DNA of 64,000 bases from Actinobacteria bacterium RBG_16_68_21. GTDB lineage: Bacteria > Actinomycetota > Acidimicrobiia > Spongiisociales > UBA11373. Position numbers and translations under genes: made by a program. Under the pieces are notes generated by a model. That model was not told the DNA's origin. It ran no database searches and was given only the letters and a program-made list of their open reading frames with translations. Positions 19,221 through 28,208 of the stretch are shown here, piece after piece. Positions within the stretch are counted from its first letter, which is position 1. Each line of letters opens with the position of its first letter. The stretch spans positions 39,887-103,886 of the forward strand of contig MELR01000015.1 in the NCBI GenBank assembly GCA_001767695.1, given 5' to 3'.

Positions 19221-20446
19221 CTCGAGCCCACCGTGAAGTCGAAGGAGAACCTCTCGCCCTGGGTGGCGAGAGTGTGCCGCTGCTGATGGACAACTGTTCC
19301 ACCGACCTGGACGATCAGGTCGAAGGTCTGGGAGCCCTCGCCGAGGCAGTCGCTGGTGAATACCACCGTCGCCGTGTACGAGCCCTCGGGCGCCTGTCCG
19401 GTGGGCCAGAAGATGTTCTCCGCGGCCGGTGAGGACGAGTCGGAATTGCAGGGAAAGTTGGCATCCCGGTCGAGAGTCCCGCCTGAGGCAACGGTGCGGT
19501 TGTTGTAGAACACCTCATCGAGCGCCGGGTCGGTCACCATGAGATCGAGGTCGGCCTTGGAGCTCCAGATCAGGGTCACCTGCACATCGCCGCTTCCCAG
19601 CCCGGAGGGAAGCTCTGGCCGGCCGGCTTGGGGGATCAGGGTCTCGAGTTGGGCCCGGTTGCGAGCGACGAACTCCGGAGCCAGCCGCTCGGCGACCGTG
19701 CGGGTCGCCGGGTCGAGGGTCCGATTGCGGCATGCGAAGTCGTCGGCGGCGATTCGTAGCTCCTCCACGCCCAGACTCCGAGCGGCGTCTCCCCCCACGG
19801 CTGCCAGGGACGCCCGCTGCCGTTCGAGGAGATCGTCGGGCGACGCCGCGGTGTACCCGCGCTCGGCCATGCAGGCCGCCCAGGCGTCCAAGGCGGCGAC
19901 ATACACCGGGTCGGAGAGGGCATCGGCCTCCAACTGGTCGATCGGGTAAGGCAGGTTCTCGAGGCCGTCGACGGCTGCGGCCAGCGTCTGGTAGCCGATT
20001 GCGGCGCATCCACCGTCCCCGCCTCCCTCGGCATCCAGGGGCGCGCCGTAGAGAGCGATCTCATAGGCGGGCCGCTCATCCACGGAAGGCCCGCCGCTCC
20101 CCAGGGTGGGCCGAGGCGTATCGCCTCCCGCGGCGATTCCGTAGCCGTCGCGAGACGGATCGAGGATCGCGTAGATGTCCTCGGCCACGGCCGGCCCGCG
20201 GAAGTCCTGCCCGCGCTCTGCCATGCACGAGCGCACGGCCTCGGTCACCTGCATCTCCACGGCGGTGCCGAGAATCCCCGGATCGGTGAACAGCGCGGTG
20301 GGATCCTCCCAGATCACGGCCGGGTCGGTGCGCCCGGCGAGATCGGGAGTCCGGGTCGCCGATCGGTAGAGGAGCAGGGCAACCCCTGCCACGACCGCGG
20401 TCGTAGCCAGCCAGATCCAGACGAGAGTTCTTCTGTTGCGGTCCAT
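19217..20446 (-). CDS. Membrane-anchored exported hypothetical protein with an internal CMAERG-containing repeat and a C-terminal beta-rich domain.
   Basis: N-terminal TM LVWIWLATTAVVAGVALLLY. The repeat appears as VRSCMAERGQDF and WAACMAERGYTAASPDD. C-terminus DLDLMVTDPALDEVFYNNRTVASGGTLDRDANFPCNSD...NIFWP. Translationally coupled to the PLA2-like gene. Confidence 0.5.
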   Translation of the reverse strand: MDRNRRTLVWIWLATTAVVAGVALLLYRSATRTPDLAGRTDPAVIWEDPTALFTDPGILGTAVEMQVTEAVRSCMAERGQDFRGPAVAEDIYAILDPSRDGYGIAAGGDTPRPTLGSGGPSVDERPAYEIALYGAPLDAEGGGDGGCAAIGYQTLAAAVDGLENLPYPIDQLEADALSDPVYVAALDAWAACMAERGYTAASPDDLLERQRASLAAVGGDAARSLGVEELRIAADDFACRNRTLDPATRTVAERLAPEFVARNRAQLETLIPQAGRPELPSGLGSGDVQVTLIWSSKADLDLMVTDPALDEVFYNNRTVASGGTLDRDANFPCNSDSSSPAAENIFWPTGQAPEGSYTATVVFTSDCLGEGSQTFDLIVQVGGTVVHQQRHTLATQGERFSFDFTVGSR

Positions 20447-20618
20447 GGCGCCGGGCTCCCAAGATACCCGTCCGACTCAGAGCGTGGCGCCTGCCGCGGA
20501 TCGCTTCTGGCTCTGCCGGGTCGAAGGGCAGGCTTCCCGGGCCGAAGGCCCCTGCGAACCGGCCGCTCCCTGCCCTACCGTCTGTGGCACTGGTTGTTTC
20601 GATGGAGAGGGGTGCGCG

Positions 20619-21221
20619 ATGAGAGGGGTGTCGAGCCGGCTCGGCTATGTACTGGCGGTGGTGGCGATGGTCGCCGCTGCCTGCACCCTGCCGTCCCCCA
20701 CCGGCTCCTATGTCCCTGACGACCCGGTCGACACCCCCATCGTTCCGCCCTTTGTCAACCCGAGCGACGACTCGCTACCCCTGTCGGAATACCAGATCAC
20801 GGTGAACATCGAACTCACCGACACCGGATTCGAACCCGCCACCATCTACATCCCCGAGGGCCGGGGTATCCAGCTGGTGCTGCGCAACCGGGGGACCACG
20901 GAACACCACTACCGGGTCGCCGGGCTCGTCCCCACCCATCTCACCTGGCTGGCCACAGCGGAGTACAACCTGAGCCAGCTGCAGGACAGACCCGAGGACA
21001 TCTCCGAAGCGGAGCACCTGCTCCACCACTTGATCGCCTTCGTTCCCTTCCGTGACGAGTCGCCCTTTGGCGTGCAGCCCCTTGGTACCGAGGTTCACGG
21101 ATACGCTGGACCCCGGGACCGGGAGATCATGCGGTTCATCGCGGTCAACACTGGAACGTTCCCGGTCGAGGACGTGCTGCATCCCGAGATCACCGGTCGG
21201 GTCGTCGTCTTCGCACCCTGA
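20619..21221 (+). CDS. Lipoprotein with a cupredoxin-like fold and a His-rich motif.
   Basis: ATG at 20619. Signal plus lipobox-like VAMVAAAC. ITVNIELTDTGFEPATIYIPEGRGIQLVLRNRGTTEHHYRV resembles cupredoxin-like (PF13473-type) domains. His cluster AEHLLHHLIAF. Confidence 0.5.
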   Translation: MRGVSSRLGYVLAVVAMVAAACTLPSPTGSYVPDDPVDTPIVPPFVNPSDDSLPLSEYQITVNIELTDTGFEPATIYIPEGRGIQLVLRNRGTTEHHYRVAGLVPTHLTWLATAEYNLSQLQDRPEDISEAEHLLHHLIAFVPFRDESPFGVQPLGTEVHGYAGPRDREIMRFIAVNTGTFPVEDVLHPEITGRVVVFAP

Positions 21222-21332
21222 CCGTGCATCCGGTCGTGCCACGCCAGCAACTCGGGTCTCGGGGCCGTGCCGTTGGCCCCTACCTCGGCGTCGGGCCGTT
21301 GCGGACAATCAATCAGTAGGGGAGGGAGGCGG

Positions 21333-22436
21333 ATGCGGGAGTACATCGACGGGTCTACGGCGATAGTGCGCGGGGCACTCGACGCCGGGTGCACCTTCTT
21401 CGCCGGATACCCGATAACTCCGGCTTCGGGGATCCTCATGGCGATGATGCGCGAGCTCCCCAAGGTGGGCGGCGTGGCGATCCAGGGAGAGGACGAAATC
21501 GCCTCGATCGGCATGTGCATCGGGGCGACCCTCGCCGGATCCAGGGCGATGACGGCCACCAGCGGTCCCGGCATCAGCCTCTACAGCGAGAACATCGGGC
21601 TGGCGGTGATGGGCGAGGTGCCGCTGGTCATCGTGGACGTGCAGCGGCTCGGTCCCTCGACGGGAGGGGCGACCACGGTCTCCCAGGGCGACGTCCAATT
21701 CGTGCGATGGGGGACCGGAGGCGGGTTTCCAATCATCGCCCTCGCCCCATCGACCGTCACCGAGTCGTACTGGCTCACCGCCAAGGCATTCGACCTGGCC
21801 GAGCGCTTCCGGTGTCCGGTGTTCGTCGTCACCGACAAAGAGCTGGCCACCACTCTGACCACCGTCGACCTCGAGTCCTATCCGACGATCCAGGTCCGTG
21901 ACCGGGAGGTCGGGTCGGGTGGGCCGCCGTACCGCTACGCCCCCGCCGACGAAGTGGCGCCGCTGCACGAGTTCGGTCGCGGGGCGACCGTGCGGTTCAC
22001 CGGCTCGACCCACGACACCGGGGGGTACATCACCAAGCACCTCCCCACCGTCGACGCCCTCAACCGCCATCTATCCGAGAAGATCGAGGACCATCGCGAC
22101 GAGATCGAGCTCGCCGACGCGGACCTGGAGGACGGCGCCCCGACCCTTGTCATCGGTTACGGCGTCACCGGGGGAGCGGTGCGCGCCGCCGTTGCCGAGG
22201 CGAGGCGCCGGGGAATCAGAGTCTCCGGGCTGGTGGTGCAGAGTCTGTGGCCGATTCCGGAGACGGTGATCCGCCGCGCCATGGAGGGAGTGGACCGGGT
22301 GGTCGTCCCCGAGTTGAACCTGGGGCTCTACCGGCGCGAGGTGGAGAGGATCGCCGCAGGTAGATCGGTGGTCGGGGTGAACCGGGTGGATGGCGAACTG
22401 ATCGACGTGGACCAGATCGTGGAGGCTGTGACGTGA
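21333..22436 (+). CDS. korA: 2-oxoglutarate (2-oxoacid):ferredoxin oxidoreductase subunit alpha.
   Basis: MREYIDGSTAIVRGALDAGCTFFAGYPITPAS...ATSGPGISL. An RBS ggagggagg lies 5 nt upstream. Confidence 0.85.
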   Translation: MREYIDGSTAIVRGALDAGCTFFAGYPITPASGILMAMMRELPKVGGVAIQGEDEIASIGMCIGATLAGSRAMTATSGPGISLYSENIGLAVMGEVPLVIVDVQRLGPSTGGATTVSQGDVQFVRWGTGGGFPIIALAPSTVTESYWLTAKAFDLAERFRCPVFVVTDKELATTLTTVDLESYPTIQVRDREVGSGGPPYRYAPADEVAPLHEFGRGATVRFTGSTHDTGGYITKHLPTVDALNRHLSEKIEDHRDEIELADADLEDGAPTLVIGYGVTGGAVRAAVAEARRRGIRVSGLVVQSLWPIPETVIRRAMEGVDRVVVPELNLGLYRREVERIAAGRSVVGVNRVDGELIDVDQIVEAVT

Positions 22437-23743
22437 CCGTCGACATCACCCCGCTGCGCCGGTACCGCAACGAGACTCCCTACCCGTTCTGTCCCGGCTG
22501 TGGGCACGGCAGCATCCTCGACAAACTGTCCGAGGCGCTGGCGACCATCGACATCGATCCGGCGAGCGTCGTTGTGGTGAGCGACATCGGGTGTGCCGGG
22601 CTCTCCGACCAGTACTTCGACACCAGCGCGTTCCATGGACTCCACGGGCGCAGCATCACCTACGCCACCGGCGTCAAGCTGGCACGTCCCGAGCTGACCG
22701 TGATAGTGATCATGGGCGACGGCGGTACCGGCATCGGCGGAACCCATCTGATCAACGCGGCGAGACGGAACGTCGGCATCACGGTCCTCGTGTTCAACAA
22801 CCTCAACTTTGGGATGACCGGAGGTCAGCACTCGACAACCACACCAGATGGGGCGGTGACCGCCACGACCCCGGGAGGGAATCTGGAGCATCCGCTCGAC
22901 ATCTGCGCCACGGTCGGGGTCAACGGTGCCGGGTACGTGTATCGGGGGACCAGCTTCGACGACGATCTCTCGACGCGTATCGTCGAGGCGATCCGGCACC
23001 CCGGGTTTGCCCTCCTGGACATTTGGGAGCTGTGCACCGCGTATTTCGTGCCGGCGAACAAGTTCACCCGCCGCGGGCTGGAGTCGACCATCGAGCGGCT
23101 CGGGCTGGCGACCGGCGTCCTGTATCAGCACGACGTCGCCGAGTACGCCACGGCGTATCGGGCGGCATCGCGGGACCTGCCCTCCCGGATGCGGCCGGTG
23201 GGCATTCCCACCACCCACCCATCGCCGCTCACCGACACGACGTCCCTGGTCGTCGCCGGTTCGGCCGGCGCCAAGGTCCGTTCGGCGGCACGGCTGGTAG
23301 GCGAGGCGGCGATCAGGTCGGGGCTGTGGGCGACCCAGCGCGACGACTACCCGGTGACCGTGAAGACCGGGCACAGCCTCTCCGAAGTGGTGCTCGGCCC
23401 GCGCCCGGCGGCGCCGGTTGGGGTGACCGTTCCGGACGTGGCCGTCGTCGTCTCCGCCGATGGCCTGCGCAAGGTCCAGCCGATGCTGGCGGCGATGGGA
23501 CTGAACGGCGTGGTCTTCACCATCCCCGAGTTCGCCGACGTGGTGACCGGAGCCCGGTTGGTGGTGATCGATCCGACGGCATCCCCGGTGCGGATCCCCA
23601 AGGCGCAGCTCGCCCTGGTCCTGCTCACCGCCGCCGTCGCCCGTCTGGGTCTGTTTCCGGTGGAGGCCATGACCGAGGCGGCCGCCGCCGGAGCCTTCGC
23701 CGAGGAGAACCTGGCGGCGATAGAGGCGGGGCGGGGACTCTGA
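22433..23743 (+). CDS. korB: 2-oxoacid:ferredoxin oxidoreductase subunit beta (TPP-binding) with a C-terminal gamma-like extension.
   Basis: GTGA overlap with korA. FCPGCGHGSI...VSDIGCAG...IMGDGG is the TPP/Fe-S region. Confidence 0.85.
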   Translation: MTVDITPLRRYRNETPYPFCPGCGHGSILDKLSEALATIDIDPASVVVVSDIGCAGLSDQYFDTSAFHGLHGRSITYATGVKLARPELTVIVIMGDGGTGIGGTHLINAARRNVGITVLVFNNLNFGMTGGQHSTTTPDGAVTATTPGGNLEHPLDICATVGVNGAGYVYRGTSFDDDLSTRIVEAIRHPGFALLDIWELCTAYFVPANKFTRRGLESTIERLGLATGVLYQHDVAEYATAYRAASRDLPSRMRPVGIPTTHPSPLTDTTSLVVAGSAGAKVRSAARLVGEAAIRSGLWATQRDDYPVTVKTGHSLSEVVLGPRPAAPVGVTVPDVAVVVSADGLRKVQPMLAAMGLNGVVFTIPEFADVVTGARLVVIDPTASPVRIPKAQLALVLLTAAVARLGLFPVEAMTEAAAAGAFAEENLAAIEAGRGL

Positions 23744-23847
23744 GGCGAGCTCTCTTGTCGGGTTCGCGCTCTGGTTGACATCCCTCATGAACGGCGATAA
23801 CTTACTATCGCTAACTTACTGTCGATAAGTCACACGGGAGAGGTGTC

Positions 23848-26016
23848 ATGGAGAAGCTGGGTCGGTTCGTCGTTCGGTTGCGCTGGCCGGTGGTGATCGC
23901 CGCCCTCGTGTTCATGGCGGTGGCGGGAGCCGTCGGTGGCGGCGTCGCCGACTCCCTGTCCAACGGCGGGTTCCTCGATCCCAACGCCGAGTCGACCCTG
24001 GCGAGCGACCTCCTCGAGGACGGTTTCGGTGTGTCGGATCCGGCGGTCATCCTGGTGGTGAGCGCTCCCGGGGGTTCGGTGGACGATCCCGCGGTTGCCG
24101 CCGACGGCATCGCTCTCACTCAGGTCCTCGCCGCCGAGGAGGGCGTCACCGCGGCCTCGTCCTATTGGACGTTGGGGAGCCCACCGCCACTGCGAAGCTT
24201 CCGGGGCGATCGCGCCCTGGTGTTCGCCTCGATCGAGGGCGACCAGGGGGAGGTGCTCGATCACTCGGCAGCCATCTCGGACGAGTACCGAGGAAGCTTC
24301 GGTTCGCTCGAGGTGCTCGTCGGGGGCGTGGGGCCGCTCTTCTCCGAGGTGCAGGCGACGGTCGAGGCCGACCTGGCCCGGGCGGAACTGATCGCCTTCC
24401 CTCTGACCGCGGTGCTGCTCATCGTCGTCTTCGGCAGCCTGGTGGCCGCCTCCTTGCCGCTGGCCATGGGAGGACTCGCCATCGTCGGCTCACTCCTCAT
24501 CCTCCAGGTCCTCACCGGCTTCACCGAGGTCTCCATCTTTGCCCTCAACCTGACGACCGCGCTCGGCCTCGGTCTGGCGATCGACTACTCGCTCTTCATT
24601 GTGTCCCGCTTCCGTGAGCAACTCGGCCGGGGCGACCAAACCGGGGACGCGGTGGTGGCCACGGTGCGCACTGCCGGACGGACCGTGCTGTTCTCCGCAG
24701 CCACGGTTGCCGTCTCGCTGGCGGCGATGATCATCTTCAAGCTCGCCTTCCTGCGCTCGTTCGGATATGCCGGCATCGCCGTCGTCCTCATGGCGGCGAT
24801 CGGGGCGGTCGTCGTGTTGCCGGCGATCCTCGCCATCCTTGGCTCCCGGGTGGAGAAGGGCCGGGTGCGCAAGGCGCGGCAGAGCGCGGTGGAGGACGGC
24901 GTCTGGCACCGGGTGGCCACGTTTGTGATGCGGCGCCCGATTCCCATCGCCACCGCCGCCCTGCTGTTCCTCGTGGTTCTCGGGTTGCCGTTCCTGGGCG
25001 TGAACCTCGGGCAATCAGACGACCGGATGCTGTCGACGACGTCCAATGCCCGCACCACCGGCGACGTGATGCGCGCCGAGTTCTCGGCGTTCGAGTCGGC
25101 TCCGGTCGACGTCATCTTCCCCGGCCTCGCCGACACCTCCGAGGCCGACGCGCTGGCGGTCACGCTGTCCCGGCTCGACGGGGTGGCGCGAGTCGATGGT
25201 CCCACCGGGTCCTACATCGCGGGCTTCAACGTGATCTCCGGGGGCCCGGCATACGGTCGCTTCACCGCGGATGCCGGCATGTTCTTCTCGGCGATACCGT
25301 CGGTGGAGCCCAACGGCCCGGAGGCCGAGGCACTGGTCGACGAGATCCGGAGTCTCGACGTCGGCCGCACTCTCCTGGTGGGGGGAACGTCGGCGTTCCT
25401 CCACGACACCAAGGCATCACTGCTCGGCGACCTTCCCTGGACCCTGGGAGTCATCGCCGTCGTCACGTTCGTGCTGCTCTTCCTGATGTTCGGATCCGTC
25501 GTGGTTCCGGCCAAGGCGCTGGTACTCAACGTGCTCTCCCTCTCGGCGACCTTCGGCGCCCTCGTCTGGGTGTTCCAGGAGGGGCACTTCGCCGACCTGC
25601 TCGGTGTCACCGCCACCGGGTCTCTGGAGATCACGATGCCGATCCTCATGTTCTGCATCGCCTTCGGGCTCTCGATGGACTACGAGGTGTTCCTGCTCAG
25701 CCGCATCAAAGAGGAGCACGACCTCGGTGCGGACAACGTCGCTTCGGTGGCCCGCGGGCTGGAGCGGACCGGGCGGATCGTCACCGCGGCCGCGGTGCTG
25801 ATCGCGGTCGTGTTCCTGGCGTTCGCCACGTCCGAGGTGTCGTTCATGAAGATGTTCGGCGTCGGCATGACACTCGCCGTCCTCGTGGATGCCTTCGTGG
25901 TGCGGGCGACGCTCGTGCCCGCGTTCATGAGGCTCGCCGGCAATGCCAACTGGTGGGCGCCGCGGTGGATGAAGCGGATCTACAACCGGTTCGGGATCAG
26001 CGAGGTGACCGAGTGA
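23848..26016 (+). CDS. MMPL family (RND superfamily) transporter.
   Basis: 722 aa. Two 6-TM bundles. GLAIDYSLFIVSRFRE and GLSMDYEVFLLSRIKEE duplicated motifs. Confidence 0.85.
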   Translation: MEKLGRFVVRLRWPVVIAALVFMAVAGAVGGGVADSLSNGGFLDPNAESTLASDLLEDGFGVSDPAVILVVSAPGGSVDDPAVAADGIALTQVLAAEEGVTAASSYWTLGSPPPLRSFRGDRALVFASIEGDQGEVLDHSAAISDEYRGSFGSLEVLVGGVGPLFSEVQATVEADLARAELIAFPLTAVLLIVVFGSLVAASLPLAMGGLAIVGSLLILQVLTGFTEVSIFALNLTTALGLGLAIDYSLFIVSRFREQLGRGDQTGDAVVATVRTAGRTVLFSAATVAVSLAAMIIFKLAFLRSFGYAGIAVVLMAAIGAVVVLPAILAILGSRVEKGRVRKARQSAVEDGVWHRVATFVMRRPIPIATAALLFLVVLGLPFLGVNLGQSDDRMLSTTSNARTTGDVMRAEFSAFESAPVDVIFPGLADTSEADALAVTLSRLDGVARVDGPTGSYIAGFNVISGGPAYGRFTADAGMFFSAIPSVEPNGPEAEALVDEIRSLDVGRTLLVGGTSAFLHDTKASLLGDLPWTLGVIAVVTFVLLFLMFGSVVVPAKALVLNVLSLSATFGALVWVFQEGHFADLLGVTATGSLEITMPILMFCIAFGLSMDYEVFLLSRIKEEHDLGADNVASVARGLERTGRIVTAAAVLIAVVFLAFATSEVSFMKMFGVGMTLAVLVDAFVVRATLVPAFMRLAGNANWWAPRWMKRIYNRFGISEVTE

Positions 26017-26642
26017 CGGCCCGAGCGAGGTCGCGGGCGCGCAAAGGGGATGGCGACCTCCTCGCCGACCAGATCCTTGACGCTGCCGAGGCGCTGCTCG
26101 TCGAGCGGGGCTCGGTGGAGGCGGTGTCGATCCGGGAGGTCGCCCGCCGGGTAGGGGTGACCTCACCGGCCATCTACCTCCACTTCGCCGACAAGGAGGA
26201 TCTGTTCTACCAGTGCTGCCGCCGCGGCTTCGCCAACCTGGCGAGCCGGATGGAAGCGGTCCGCGGCGAAGGGAGTTCCCTCGATCAGCTGCGGCGCCTG
26301 GGGCGCGCCTACGTCGAGTTCGGCCTGAAGAAGGGCTCCCAGTACCGGGTGATCTTCGGGGGAGTGCCGCCCCACCCGGCCCATTCGGACGATCCGGGGG
26401 ATCTCCCCGGGGTACGCGCCTTCGAGATCCTGCTCGAGACGGTCGGGTCCGGCATCGCCGCCGGGGAGTTCCGCGACGACCTCGACCCCGTGGCGCTGGC
26501 GGTGGCGGTGTGGTCGGCGGTGCACGGCGCGGTGCTCATCCTCCTCTCCAAGGACGCCACCCACGACGCGGTGCCTATTCCCGATTCGGCAGCCGTGGTC
26601 GACGCGGTCCTGGGCGTCGTCGGCAGCGGGGTTCGCTCGTAG
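26013..26642 (+). CDS. TetR/AcrR family transcriptional regulator.
   Basis: GTG at 26013 overlaps the MMPL stop (26014-26016). HTH SIREVARRVGVTSPAIYLHFADKEDL. Confidence 0.8.
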   Translation: MTARARSRARKGDGDLLADQILDAAEALLVERGSVEAVSIREVARRVGVTSPAIYLHFADKEDLFYQCCRRGFANLASRMEAVRGEGSSLDQLRRLGRAYVEFGLKKGSQYRVIFGGVPPHPAHSDDPGDLPGVRAFEILLETVGSGIAAGEFRDDLDPVALAVAVWSAVHGAVLILLSKDATHDAVPIPDSAAVVDAVLGVVGSGVRS

Positions 26643-26709
26643 GGTGTGAGCCGCGAGGGAAGGGGCCGGATGACCGGCCCCTTCCCTCCGTTTGAAGCAC
26701 CCGATGCGG

Positions 26710-26907
26710 TCAGTGGGTGGCGGTGCCGGCAGTGTGTGCCAGCCAGGTGCCGACGACGATCAGGCCGTGCCCGATCGCGTGCCGGGCCCGGGCAATCGGC
26801 CCGGCACGGCCGTCGATGGTGTTCAGTACCCGGCGAGTGGCGGCTGCGCGTATGCGGTCGTCGATGATTGCCGAGGACAGTTCGCTCATCAGTTGCGGGT
26901 TGTTCAT
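26710..26907 (-). CDS. Small hypothetical protein (65 aa) with one C-terminal hydrophobic helix.
   Basis: An AGGAGA RBS lies 6 nt before the ATG. It sits immediately downstream of the ArsR-type fusion regulator on the same strand. MNNPQLMSELSSAIIDDRIRAAATRRVLNTIDGRAGPIARARHAIGHGLIVVGTWLAHTAGTATH. Confidence 0.4.
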   Translation of the reverse strand: MNNPQLMSELSSAIIDDRIRAAATRRVLNTIDGRAGPIARARHAIGHGLIVVGTWLAHTAGTATH

Positions 26908-26917
26908 TGCGTCTCCT

Positions 26918-28003
26918 CTATTCGTCTTCGAGAAACCCGGCCAGCAGACGGGCGGCGTCGGGGACCGCGCCACCGCGCAGGCTGTACTCCGATTCGGCGC
27001 CCAGGGTGATCCGGACCAGACCGGCCCGGCGGAGGACGCTGAGATGGTGGTGGACGGTGGACTTGGCGAGCGCGATGCGGGCGGTGATGTCGCTGAGCGA
27101 CGCCGGGCCGTCCCTGAGGATCTTGAGCAGGCGCAGTCGCCGCTCGTCGCCGAGGGCCTTGTAGACCTCGACCAGCCAGGCGGGCGGCGTGTCCGCGTCG
27201 GCGTCGAGGTGCTGTTCCGCCACCGGGTAGCAGAACACCCGGCTTCGCTCGTGTTCGGTGATGGTCACCCACGGTCGGATCACCACCGAGGGGATGAGCA
27301 CGATGCGGTCGACGTCGGGCACCATCGTGAATGTGACCCCGTTGGTTGCCGTCTCCACGAGTTGCGGCGACTCCATCGTGCCGGCGAGAGCGCGTTTGTG
27401 ATCGGCGTCGCGGGCGAGCACGATCCCGACCCCATCGCCATCGCCGAAGACGTCGCGGGCGAACGACAGCAGCGTCCCGGCAAGCAGTTCGGTCGACTCG
27501 GTAGGCGGTGTCTCGAGCAGCCGGCACAGTGCGTCGGGGATCTCGCACCCATCCCCGGACACGACCCGCTTGAGGGCGGAGGCATCGCCGGCGACCGCGG
27601 CGCCGACCAGATCCCTTTCTTCCTGGGTGTGGCAATGCTCCCGGGCCAGGCCGAGCAGGTCTTCCCAGAGCTTGGCGGGGTCCCTTTCCCGGAGACGGGT
27701 GGCGAGCGCCTCGGGTGACCGGTCCGGGCCGAGGGCGAGGGCTTCCCCGATGAGTGCGACCCACACCCCTCCCAGCCCGGCGAGTCGGTCGAGACCGGTA
27801 CTGAGATCGGGGCTCGCCTGCTCCCGCACCCGGTCATACCACGAAGGATCGACGGCGAAATCGGCGAGCTCGCCGGCGTCATGCGACGAGTAGACGAAGA
27901 GGCTGAGCAGCAGCTCGAACAGCGGGTCGGCGACGATGTCCACCGGGAGCCCCGATGCGGTTTCTCCGGTGTAGTCCTTGATGCGAGGGCCGGTGACCGT
28001 CAT
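26918..28003 (-). CDS. Two-domain regulator: an unknown N-terminal domain of about 250 aa fused to a C-terminal ArsR-type winged HTH.
   Basis: C-terminus EVYKALGDERRLRLLKILRDGPASLSDITARIALAKSTVHHHLSVLRRAGLV is ArsR/SmtB HTH_20. I do not recognise the N-terminal part. Confidence 0.65.
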   Translation of the reverse strand: MTVTGPRIKDYTGETASGLPVDIVADPLFELLLSLFVYSSHDAGELADFAVDPSWYDRVREQASPDLSTGLDRLAGLGGVWVALIGEALALGPDRSPEALATRLRERDPAKLWEDLLGLAREHCHTQEERDLVGAAVAGDASALKRVVSGDGCEIPDALCRLLETPPTESTELLAGTLLSFARDVFGDGDGVGIVLARDADHKRALAGTMESPQLVETATNGVTFTMVPDVDRIVLIPSVVIRPWVTITEHERSRVFCYPVAEQHLDADADTPPAWLVEVYKALGDERRLRLLKILRDGPASLSDITARIALAKSTVHHHLSVLRRAGLVRITLGAESEYSLRGGAVPDAARLLAGFLEDE

Positions 28004-28208
28004 GTTCGTGACCTTTCGAAGGTTCTATCGACGTAAGGCGTTCGATCAAGATCGAACATACGACATCAGCCGACGGTTGTCAAGGGGGAGTTGGCTTCGG
28101 GGCGTTTGGCCGTCGAGAAGGCGACCTTCCCGTGGGTAGTCTTGGTGGGACGATTCGGCCCGGAGGTGGGCCCCGATCGGCATCGAGGGCCGGAAAGGAT
28201 GGGATTCC

